From: Trueperaceae bacterium
GTDB lineage: Bacteria; Deinococcota; Deinococci; Deinococcales; Trueperaceae
Length of the DNA stretch: 64,000 nt
Assembly: GCA_965213925.1 (NCBI GenBank)
Contig: OZ243927.1
Location: 3,744,001-3,808,000, forward strand
Direction: 5' to 3'
Below, piece by piece: positions 56,371-64,000 of the stretch. A model generated the notes under the pieces. That model had not been told where the DNA came from, did not search any database, and saw nothing but the letters and a program-made list of their open reading frames with translations. Positions within the stretch are counted from its first letter, which is position 1. Each line of letters begins with the position of its first letter. A program made the translations under genes and the position numbers.

Positions 56371-57525
56371 ATGAACCAAACCCCTAAAGTCGTCATCGTC
56401 GGCGCAGGGATCGTGGGCGCAAGCTGCGCTTACCACCTAGCAAAAGGGGGCGCAGAAGTGCACGTCTTAGAACGTGCCGCCGCGCCAGCGGCAGGGGCGA
56501 CAGGCAGATCGGCGGCGGGTATTCGCCATCAGTTTAGCCACCGCGTCAACGTCGAGATGTCGCTCTATAGCACGCGTGTCTTCGCCCACTTCGAAAGAGA
56601 GCTAGGCGTGGACGCGGGCTACCGCAAGGTGGGCTACCTCTTTCTGGTGGAGAGCGGACAGTGGGCAGCGTGGAGGGCGCAAACACAGATGCAGCGGGAG
56701 GCGGGGGCGAGGGTCGAAACGCTCAGCGTGAACGAATTAGAGCGCCGCTTTCCCGACCTCAACACGCAAGGATTGGCAGGCGCGACTTTAGGGTTAGACG
56801 ACGGCGTGGTGGACCCACACGCGGTGACGATGGGCTACCTGCGAGGGGCGAAGGCGCACGGTTCCTGCCTCCACCTGCAAACCGAGGTGCAGGGTCTTTC
56901 CTTTGCGCGTGGACAGTGGCGCGTTGAAACGAACGTAGAAACCTTCCGTGCAGACGCCGTTATCAACGCGGCGGGCGCTTATGCAAGAGACGTTGGAAAA
57001 CTTGCAGGTTTGGACGTTCCGGTTTCTCCCTACCGACGCAACGTCTACGCGACGGGACCGTCTGACTACCCGCACCCGAGCCCTCTAATGATCGACCAAA
57101 CGACGGGCGTATGGCTGCGCAGCGAGGGGGCGCGCTTTATCATGGGGCTCGCCAACGAAAACGAGCCGCCGAGCGAGAACCAGTCGGTAGACTGGGTGTG
57201 GCTTGACTATCTTTTAGAGCTTGCTTTGCCGCGCTTCCCATTTTTAGAGCGCGCGGGCTTAGACGCGAAGGCGTGTTGGGCGGGGCTCTACGCGATGACG
57301 TCCGACCACCTGCCGATTTTAGGGGAAGCGCACACGTCTCCAGGCTTTTTCAATGCGTGCGGCTTTTCAGGTCACGGCGTGCAGCATAGCCCGGCGACGG
57401 GGCATATTTTAGCGGCGGAAGTTTTAGAACGCGCACACAAGTTCGATCTTGAAGACTTTCGTTTAGAGCGTTTTGTAAGAAGCACAGAAGACACTAAGGT
57501 GAACGCGGAACAAAACGTCGTCTGA
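56371..57525 (+). CDS. FAD-dependent oxidoreductase (DAO/sarcosine oxidase beta family)
   Basis: 'GAGIVG', 'ATGRSAAG', 'WAGLY...DHLPILG', 'GFSGHG'. Confidence 0.92.
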   Translation: MNQTPKVVIVGAGIVGASCAYHLAKGGAEVHVLERAAAPAAGATGRSAAGIRHQFSHRVNVEMSLYSTRVFAHFERELGVDAGYRKVGYLFLVESGQWAAWRAQTQMQREAGARVETLSVNELERRFPDLNTQGLAGATLGLDDGVVDPHAVTMGYLRGAKAHGSCLHLQTEVQGLSFARGQWRVETNVETFRADAVINAAGAYARDVGKLAGLDVPVSPYRRNVYATGPSDYPHPSPLMIDQTTGVWLRSEGARFIMGLANENEPPSENQSVDWVWLDYLLELALPRFPFLERAGLDAKACWAGLYAMTSDHLPILGEAHTSPGFFNACGFSGHGVQHSPATGHILAAEVLERAHKFDLEDFRLERFVRSTEDTKVNAEQNVV

Positions 57526-57896
57526 ACTGTGCACAAATGTTCATGAACGGCTGACTAAGGGTTTACAGCTCTGCTTGTGGTGTGATACAACATACAGTGA
57601 ACTTTGAGGGTTGCACTTCCGCACCCCGCTGCCCCCCCGGCGGAGGTCCTCTCAAGGTTCTTTTTTATTTTCGACACCTCTGTTTTTTGACGATTGACGG
57701 CGGCTTATCGGAGCTGTTAGATAAGACCTTGTTGCACTGGGTTGGCCTACACAACTTCGCATATGTACGTGCATAATCCTTAGTACCGTCAGAGTGTTGT
57801 TAGAATAGCCCCACATCAGTGCAGCCTACGCTGCTATTTTACCCTGTTGATACTATGTCGACTGAGTGCCAAGAGAGGTTGGCCTGGGAGCAAACA

Positions 57897-58799
57897 ATGA
57901 CCTTAGAACGCTGGTTTCGCCGCAAGCGCCCGACGCGCAGCGATGACGACAACAGCCCCGCTGGGCTTTGGCTCAAGTGTGAGAGCTGCAACGCGCAGAT
58001 TTACCGCAAGGATTTGCTAGAAAACCTCGCGCTCTGCACCGAGTGCGGGCATCACTACCGGATGCCCGCCGACACCCGCGTGGCGATGCTCGCCGACGAA
58101 GACACCTTCGAGCCCTGGTCGGGGCGGGTGGGACCGCAAGACTCCCTTGAATTTATCGACACCGAGCCCTATCCGGAGCGTTTAGAGCGGTTTAAGGCGC
58201 GGCAAGGCAGACCCGACGCGATTATCACGGGGGCGGCGAGATTAGAAGGTGAGCCCGTCGCTTTAGCCGTGATGGACTTTTTCTTCGCGGGCGGCTCGAT
58301 GGGCTCGGTTGTCGGTGAAGAGATCGCGAGGGCCGCCGAACGCGCCGCCGACGAAGGTCGCAGCTTCATCTCCATAACGGCCTCGGGCGGCGCGCGGATG
58401 CAAGAGGGCGCGCTCTCGCTCATGCAGATGGCGAAGACGACCGTGGTGCTCGAAAACCTCGCCAGAAAGCGCCTGCCCTTCATCAGCGTGTTGACCGACC
58501 CGACCACGGGCGGCGTCACCGCGAGCTTTTCGACGCTGGGCGACATCATCATCGCGGAGCCGGGGGCGCTCATCTGCTTTGCGGGACCGCGCGTGATTCA
58601 GCAGACCATCAAGCAGGAGTTGCCGAGCGGCTTTCAGCGCGCCGAGTTTCTGCTGCAAAAGGGGATGTTAGACGACGTAGTGCCGCGGGGCGAACTCAAA
58701 GCGAAGCTGGCGAATTACGTCCGCTTACTCAGAAACAGCCCCCCGAAACCGCACCTCGACCAGAACCCAGAGGAGACGCCGCGTGCCCTTGGCGTTTGA
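57897..58799 (+). CDS. accD: Acetyl-CoA carboxylase carboxyltransferase beta
   Basis: Zn finger 'LWLKCESC...CTEC', '[10 protein letters not shown]', 'SGGARMQE', 'PTTGGV'. Confidence 0.97.
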   Translation: MTLERWFRRKRPTRSDDDNSPAGLWLKCESCNAQIYRKDLLENLALCTECGHHYRMPADTRVAMLADEDTFEPWSGRVGPQDSLEFIDTEPYPERLERFKARQGRPDAIITGAARLEGEPVALAVMDFFFAGGSMGSVVGEEIARAAERAADEGRSFISITASGGARMQEGALSLMQMAKTTVVLENLARKRLPFISVLTDPTTGGVTASFSTLGDIIIAEPGALICFAGPRVIQQTIKQELPSGFQRAEFLLQKGMLDDVVPRGELKAKLANYVRLLRNSPPKPHLDQNPEETPRALGV

Positions 58800-59736
58800 A
58801 AAACCGATTGACGACCTTGCGGCGCGTATCGGCGACATGCGCGCCTACGCCGAGGAGCAAAACATCGACCTCAGCGAAGAGATCAGTCTTTTAGAAAACC
58901 GCTTGGAGCGGCTTAAAGAGGAGATTTTTGCTGACTTAACCCGTTGGCAGCGTGTCCAGGTGGCGCGGGCGGCAGGGCGTCCTACGGGGCTCGACTACGT
59001 GCAGCACCTCTTCACGGACTTCACCGAGTTACATGGGGATAGGACGCTGGGCGACGACGCGGCGCTCGTGACGGGGCTCGCGCAGTTAGAAGGGCGCAGC
59101 GTCGTCGTGCTCGCACAGCAAAAAGGGCGCGACACGAAAGAGAACATCCAGCGCAACTTCGGCATGGCGCATCCGTCGGGTTACAGAAAAGCGATACGGA
59201 TGTTTGACCTGGCGGATAAGTTCAGGCTGCCCGTTGTGACCTTTATCGACACGCCAGGCGCGTATCCGGGCATCGCCGCCGAGGAGCAGGGGCAAGCTTG
59301 GGTCATTGCGGAGAGCATTCAGCGGATGAGCCAGCTTAAAGTTCCGGCTGTGACTGTCGTGATCGGCGAGGGCGGCTCGGGCGGCGCCCTCGCCATCGGC
59401 GTGGCAAACCGCGTGCTGATGTTGGAGAACGCCATCTACTCCGTGATCAGCCCTGAGTCGTGCGCCGCCATCTTGTGGCGTGACGCGGGCGAGGCGGAGA
59501 AGGCGGCGGAGGCTTTGCGGCTCACGGCGAAGGATTTACTGGAGCTAAACGTTATCGATAGCGTGATTAAAGAGCCGACGGGCGGGGCGCACCGCGACCC
59601 TAAGACGGCGCTCGAGTGCGTCAAAGAGCGTGTGCGTAGCGAGTTAGACGTGCTCTCCCAGATGTCAGAAGAGCAACTTTTACAACAGCGTTACCAGAGA
59701 TTCAGGGCGCTAGGGCGCTTCGAGACCTTGTCCTAG
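58783..59736 (+). CDS. accA: Acetyl-CoA carboxylase carboxyltransferase alpha
   Basis: 'ELHGDR', '[13 protein letters not shown]', 'DTPGAYPG', 'GEGGSGGA'. Confidence 0.97.
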   Translation: MPLAFEKPIDDLAARIGDMRAYAEEQNIDLSEEISLLENRLERLKEEIFADLTRWQRVQVARAAGRPTGLDYVQHLFTDFTELHGDRTLGDDAALVTGLAQLEGRSVVVLAQQKGRDTKENIQRNFGMAHPSGYRKAIRMFDLADKFRLPVVTFIDTPGAYPGIAAEEQGQAWVIAESIQRMSQLKVPAVTVVIGEGGSGGALAIGVANRVLMLENAIYSVISPESCAAILWRDAGEAEKAAEALRLTAKDLLELNVIDSVIKEPTGGAHRDPKTALECVKERVRSELDVLSQMSEEQLLQQRYQRFRALGRFETLS

Positions 59737-59964
59737 AGGTAGTGTCGGCGGGTTGAGAACGCCTCGCTCGGGATAATTCTTACGAGAATTATCCGGAAAC
59801 AGTGCCACTAGTGAGCTTTGAATTTTAGAGGGTCCGTGCGAATTCTGTGCCGACTCGAGGATTTCCGGTGAACAAGCGCTCCTCAGGTACAAGAGCTTGC
59901 GCGCCCTTCCCTGACCCACATTTTGAGGTATCCTGGCTGCAAACGAGACAGCCCAGGAGGTCTT

Positions 59965-61533
59965 ATGGCAGATATCAAGACGAAAGAAGACTACGGCATC
60001 GAGTTTAGCAACGTCCACTGGAACTACTTTCCGCCAAAATTGTATGAAGAGGCGATTAAACGCGGCGAGGGCTTAGCCGCCGCGAACGGTCCGCTCCTGG
60101 TCGACACAGGCAAATTTACCGGGCGCAGCCCTAAGGATAAGTTCATCCTGCGCGACGAGAACACCGAAAACAAGGTGGATTGGGGCGATATCAACCAGCC
60201 TATGGAGCGCGAGCCGTTTGAAAACCTGCGGGCGGGGATGCGCGCGTTTATGCAAGACCGCGACCTCTTCGTACAAGACCTCTACGTCGGCACGGACGAA
60301 GGCTATCAGATTCCGGTGCGCATCATCACGCAGTACGCCTGGCACAGCATGTTCTCGCGCAACATGCTGATTCGTCAAGCGCCGCCCGACAGCCCAGACA
60401 TGTACACGGTCATCGACCTGCCCGGCTTCCGCGCCAACCCCGAGCGGCACGGCTCGAAGGGCAGCACCGTCATCGCCATGAACCTCTCCGAAAGACTGGT
60501 GCTCGTTGGCGGCACGGAGTACGCGGGCGAGATCAAAAAGTCCTTATTTTCCATCATGAATTACGAGCTGCCGCAAAAGGGCGTCCTGCCGATGCACTGC
60601 TCCGCGAACCACGACCGGGACGGCAACGTCGCCATCTTCTTTGGGCTCTCCGGCACGGGCAAGACGACGCTCTCCGCCGACCAGTCTCGGGTCCTCATCG
60701 GCGACGACGAGCACGGCTGGTCCAACGCTGGGGTCTTCAACTTCGAAGGCGGCTGCTACGCGAAGATCATCAACATCACACCCGAGAGTGAACCGGAAAT
60801 TTACGCCACGACAAAGCAGTTCGGCACGATTTTGGAGAACGTCGGCTTCGATGAAGAGACGAGAGAAGTAGACTTTACCGACACGAGCAAGACGGAGAAC
60901 ACCCGCGCCGCCTACCCAATTCATCACATTCCGAACGCGAGCAAGACAGGCAAGGGCGGACACCCGAAAGACATCCTCTTTTTAACCGCTGACGCTTTCG
61001 GCGTGCTGCCGCCTATCTCTAAACTGACCAAGGAACAAGCGATGTACCACTTTTTGAGCGGCTACACCGCCAAGATTGCGGGCACGGAGCGCGGCGTGAC
61101 CGAGCCCACCGCGACCTTTAGCGCCTGCTTCGGCGCACCCTTCTTGCCGCTGCCGCCGAGCACCTACGCCGAGCTGCTGGGTAAAAAGATCGAGCAGCAT
61201 AACGTCAACGTCTGGCTCGTCAATACGGGCTGGACAGGCGGCGCGTACGGCGAAGGGCAGCGGATGAAACTCTCTTACACCCGCGCGATGGTGGACGCCG
61301 CCTTGGACCGCGAGCTTGATGACGTGCCGATGACCACAAATGAGGTCTTTGGCTTGAACATTCCGAGCCACTGCCCCGGCGTGCCGAGCAGCGTCTTGGA
61401 GCCGCGCAATACCTGGGCGGACGGCGAAGCGTATGACAAACAGGCGAAAGAGTTGGCGCAGATGTTCAAGGATAACTTTCAGAAGTTTGAAAATAACGTC
61501 TCACAAGAGGTCGTGGCAGCGGGACCTAAGTAG
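59965..61533 (+). CDS. pckA: Phosphoenolpyruvate carboxykinase (ATP)
   Basis: 'TGRSPKDK', 'YAGEIKK', '[11 protein letters not shown]', 'IGDDEHGW'; AGGAGG RBS. Confidence 0.98.
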   Translation: MADIKTKEDYGIEFSNVHWNYFPPKLYEEAIKRGEGLAAANGPLLVDTGKFTGRSPKDKFILRDENTENKVDWGDINQPMEREPFENLRAGMRAFMQDRDLFVQDLYVGTDEGYQIPVRIITQYAWHSMFSRNMLIRQAPPDSPDMYTVIDLPGFRANPERHGSKGSTVIAMNLSERLVLVGGTEYAGEIKKSLFSIMNYELPQKGVLPMHCSANHDRDGNVAIFFGLSGTGKTTLSADQSRVLIGDDEHGWSNAGVFNFEGGCYAKIINITPESEPEIYATTKQFGTILENVGFDEETREVDFTDTSKTENTRAAYPIHHIPNASKTGKGGHPKDILFLTADAFGVLPPISKLTKEQAMYHFLSGYTAKIAGTERGVTEPTATFSACFGAPFLPLPPSTYAELLGKKIEQHNVNVWLVNTGWTGGAYGEGQRMKLSYTRAMVDAALDRELDDVPMTTNEVFGLNIPSHCPGVPSSVLEPRNTWADGEAYDKQAKELAQMFKDNFQKFENNVSQEVVAAGPK

Positions 61534-61638
61534 TCAAAATCAGTGTAAAGAGGTCGGCGTAAAAGTTTTTAGTGTGGTTGCGCCTCGCTGAGCAGGCGCA
61601 ACCACATGGTTGCTGTTAAACCTTTTGGATGGTTGGGT

Positions 61639-61755
61639 TCAAGCTCGAGCCTCCCCCAAGTCTGCCGCGTGACGCACGCTGTGACCCTGCGCCTCGAGCG
61701 CTTGCACCACAGGCTTAGCGATGTTGGGTTCGTCTTCGACTAAGAGAAGTCGCAT
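61639..61755 (-). pseudogene. Truncated response regulator (receiver N-terminus only)
   Basis: MRLLLVEDEPNIAKPVVQALEAQGHSVRHAADLGEARA*. Confidence 0.82.
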
Positions 61756-61761
61756 TCATTA

Positions 61762-61872
61762 TAGCAAGTATCATTTGGTTTGAGCCAATCCGAGAAGAGG
61801 GAACGCAGTCTAGCGCGCACGTTTGGAAATGATACTTGCGTGATTCAAGCTCAGTGTTTATGTGAACTGCTA
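61762..61872 (+). repeat. MITE-like repeat family A, copy 6
   Basis: Near-identical inverted copy of 50241-50351. Confidence 0.95.
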
Positions 61873-61904
61873 TAAATCTTCCCATTTGCCAGCAACACCG
61901 TTTC

Positions 61905-61932
61905 GTAGGGACGATTCATGAATCGTCCCTAC
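61905..61932. repeat. GTAG-type REP palindrome
   Basis: Perfect 28-bp palindrome GTAGGGACGATTCATGAATCGTCCCTAC. Confidence 0.85.
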
Positions 61933-61974
61933 ACCGCGCTGCTTACGGTTACAGCTTACCGCTCGAGGACAAGT

Positions 61975-62703
61975 TTACCGCCTATTCCCGCCGCCGAAGT
62001 CGCGAGGACCTCGTTCCGCCCTTGCCGAAAGGTCTACCGTGTAACTCTGTGGGCTCGTCGTCACAGAGACGAAAGAGGCGTCTTGCGCGGCGTCGGTAAA
62101 GCTGTCCGCAAAACCTGCCGCGCTGTCTTGCCCGTAGGTAAAGGTGAGCGTTTCCTGTTCACCCCCACCCGCTTCGGGGTCGCCGTCATAAAAGGTCGCG
62201 CTGAGCGTGTCGCCCTCTTCTAAGCCGCGCCCGGAGGCGAGTTCACGGGGTAAGAGCCCGCGTCCCTCCACAAAATCCTCGACTTGCGAGAGGTTGAGCG
62301 TGCGCGTCTGCTCGCCCACCTCGACTTGGATGTATTGAGCATTCTCTCGCGCCTCGGCAAGCTGCTCGGCGAACGCCGCCTCGCTGTCCTCGCCGTAGGT
62401 CAAGTTCAACGTATCTAAAACGTTCCCGTTCTCCTCCGGGTTGCCGTCATAAAGCGTGACCTCAACGGTTGTGCCGAGCGCTAAACGCCCGAGGGAAAGC
62501 CCGCCCCCGAATTTACCGAAACCGCGCTGTCCTCTATGACCTCTGCCCGCGAAAGCTCGGTCGGTGTTTGGCGTGTCATCTGACACGCTGCTATTCTGCG
62601 CTCCGCTCGCCGCGCCGCCCGTCTGCGCCCCGACTAAACCGCCGCCCACCAGAAGACCCGTCACGGTCAGTGCCATCATCCCTTGCTTGAGTTTCTTATT
62701 CAT
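61975..62703 (-). CDS. Secreted hypothetical protein with two 'YDG[DN]P' repeats
   Basis: Signal peptide; repeats 'VTLYDGNPEENG...LTYGEDSEAAFAEQL' and 'ATFYDGDPEAGG...FTYGQDSAAGFADSF'. Confidence 0.85.
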   Translation of the reverse strand: MNKKLKQGMMALTVTGLLVGGGLVGAQTGGAASGAQNSSVSDDTPNTDRAFAGRGHRGQRGFGKFGGGLSLGRLALGTTVEVTLYDGNPEENGNVLDTLNLTYGEDSEAAFAEQLAEARENAQYIQVEVGEQTRTLNLSQVEDFVEGRGLLPRELASGRGLEEGDTLSATFYDGDPEAGGGEQETLTFTYGQDSAAGFADSFTDAAQDASFVSVTTSPQSYTVDLSARAERGPRDFGGGNRR

Positions 62704-62758
62704 GTCTAGCTCCTTTCGAGCAGGTTTGTCCTTGCTCAACCAAAGGGTAGCCTCCTCT

Positions 62759-62776
62759 GGTTACGACGTGGTTACG
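62759..62776. promoter_or_regulatory. Putative OmpR-family binding site
   Basis: GGTTACG-N4-GGTTACG, just upstream of a minus-strand TACCCT -10-like hexamer. Confidence 0.5.
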
Positions 62777-62871
62777 GCAGCTCTAACCTGCCGGTAACTC
62801 AAAATGTCGAATGTGTCACACCCGAGCCACCACGAAAACCTCTTTCTTGGTGCAAAAGCGTACAATACCCC

Positions 62872-63537
62872 ATGCCGCTCAAAGACGACTTTTTAACCCG
62901 TATGACCGAACGCTTAGAGCAAACGCTCGCCGAGGTCGAGCACTTGACCGCGCACGGACGTTCAGACGAAGCGCTAACCCTCATCAACACCGCCTACCGC
63001 GAGAACACCGGCTCAGACGCGCAGATGGTCCACCGCTTGTCCACCGCCGACCTCTTGAATTTACTGAGCACGACGGGCGTTTTAGAGGTCGAAAAAAGCC
63101 TGCTGATGGGCGAACTCCTCTACGCCGAAGCGAACGTTAAAGCGTCGCAAGGCGCGGACGTGAGCGCGCAGGATTATCTCAAGATGTTGGAGCTGTACCT
63201 TCACGCTCTGACTACCGAAGCCGGACTCATCCCCTTTTACGACGTGAAAGTAGCGCGGCTAGTGGATATGTTTGGTGCGTTGCCACTCATCACCGAGCGC
63301 CTCGTGTTCGAGTACGAGGCGCTCAAGGGAGACTTCGCCGCCGCGGAGGATAGGCTCTTTGAGATGTTGGAAGCTTATCCCGGAAACTTCGAGCTGATCG
63401 ACTGGGGCTTCGGGCACTACAAACGCTGGCTCGAGCTGCCCGACGAGAGGCTCGAGGCGGGCAACTTGCCCAAGGACGAAGTGCGGGAGAGCTTAGCGAG
63501 CTTGCGCGCCATGCGCGGGGAGGCGCTGAAAGTATGA
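62872..63537 (+). CDS. Conserved hypothetical helical protein (DUF6483-like)
   Basis: 'DDFLTRMTE', '[11 protein letters not shown]', '[11 protein letters not shown]'; TACAAT-N5-ATG. Confidence 0.75.
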   Translation: MPLKDDFLTRMTERLEQTLAEVEHLTAHGRSDEALTLINTAYRENTGSDAQMVHRLSTADLLNLLSTTGVLEVEKSLLMGELLYAEANVKASQGADVSAQDYLKMLELYLHALTTEAGLIPFYDVKVARLVDMFGALPLITERLVFEYEALKGDFAAAEDRLFEMLEAYPGNFELIDWGFGHYKRWLELPDERLEAGNLPKDEVRESLASLRAMRGEALKV

Positions 63538-64000
63538 ACACGAACCGCTGGGCGTCCAAGCGTGTCAAAGCGATGCCCGCGAGCGTCTTCGACACGATGG
63601 ACCGCGCCAAGAGCCGCGCTAAAGCGAAGGGATTAGAACTCATCGACCTCTCGATCGGCTCGTCAGACTTAGCGCCGCCGCAAGCCGCCCTTCAAGCGCT
63701 TAGAGACGCGACCTACCTGAGTGAAACGTACGGCTATTGCCTCTTTTCTGGAACGCAACCCTTACGTCACGCGGTTGCGGACTGGTCCCTACGGCGCTAC
63801 GACCTCTCCATCGACCCGGACGAGCACGTCCTCCCGCTCATCGGTTCGCAAGAGGGCTTCGCCAATCTTCTGCTGGCGACCACCGACCCCGGCGACCTCA
63901 TCCTCGCGCCCGACCCCGGCTACCCGTCGTACTACGGCGCGATTGCGCTAGCGGGTCTGGAGATGGCGACGATGCCGCTCTCTGAGGAGAATGATTACCT
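63534..64000 (+). CDS. Class I/II PLP aminotransferase (LL-DAP aminotransferase-like), 3'-truncated by the window edge
   Basis: Own translation: 'IDLSIGSSD', 'LPLIGSQEG', 'PDPGYPSY'. Confidence 0.9.
   Translation, partial: MNTNRWASKRVKAMPASVFDTMDRAKSRAKAKGLELIDLSIGSSDLAPPQAALQALRDATYLSETYGYCLFSGTQPLRHAVADWSLRRYDLSIDPDEHVLPLIGSQEGFANLLLATTDPGDLILAPDPGYPSYYGAIALAGLEMATMPLSEENDY

Noticed and set aside
59771..59794. Hairpin GGATAATTCT-TACG-AGAATTATCC after accA
   Set aside because: A real inverted repeat but single copy with no U-tract; it cannot be assigned as terminator or operator.
1..64000. CRISPR array, tRNA or rRNA genes
   Set aside because: No regularly spaced repeat-spacer array, cloverleaf or rRNA signature was seen; family A copies are dispersed rather than arrayed.

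Overview
GC-rich chromosomal segment, most likely from a Deinococcota (Truepera-like) bacterium. This is inferred from the Thermus/Deinococcus-type dcw gene order, tandem TolC genes, a roadblock triplet and many leaderless genes. In order, the window holds: the 3' end of dnaE; a MarR-TolC-TolC-MFP-RND efflux operon; an OmpR-type two-component pair; an LpxR-like outer-membrane protein; RNase P RNA; the dcw cluster (mraZ to ftsZ); nudix and ribF; recQ; aguAB; a MazEF-type TA pair; an MFS transporter; three roadblock genes; hbd/crt; a secreted cyanophycinase-like protein; an M42 peptidase; a small plastic region (hicB-Uma2-hicB plus a complete IS1 interrupting an orphan gene); leuS; accDA; pckA; and the start of an aminotransferase. 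The most notable unannotated signals are: (1) a ~111-bp TA-bounded MITE-like family with six copies, whose core hairpin also appears inside helix P12 of the RNase P RNA; (2) an LpxR-like deacylase in a lineage without classical lipid A; (3) two secreted 'YDG[DN]P' paralogs, each tied to an OmpR-type regulator locus; (4) a candidate leucine attenuator before leuS; (5) two C-rich candidate small RNAs; (6) an apparent excess of CTCGAG, which also marks two rearrangement breakpoints. ftsZ carries a 1-bp frameshift that is probably an assembly error. All calls were made by eye, without database searches.
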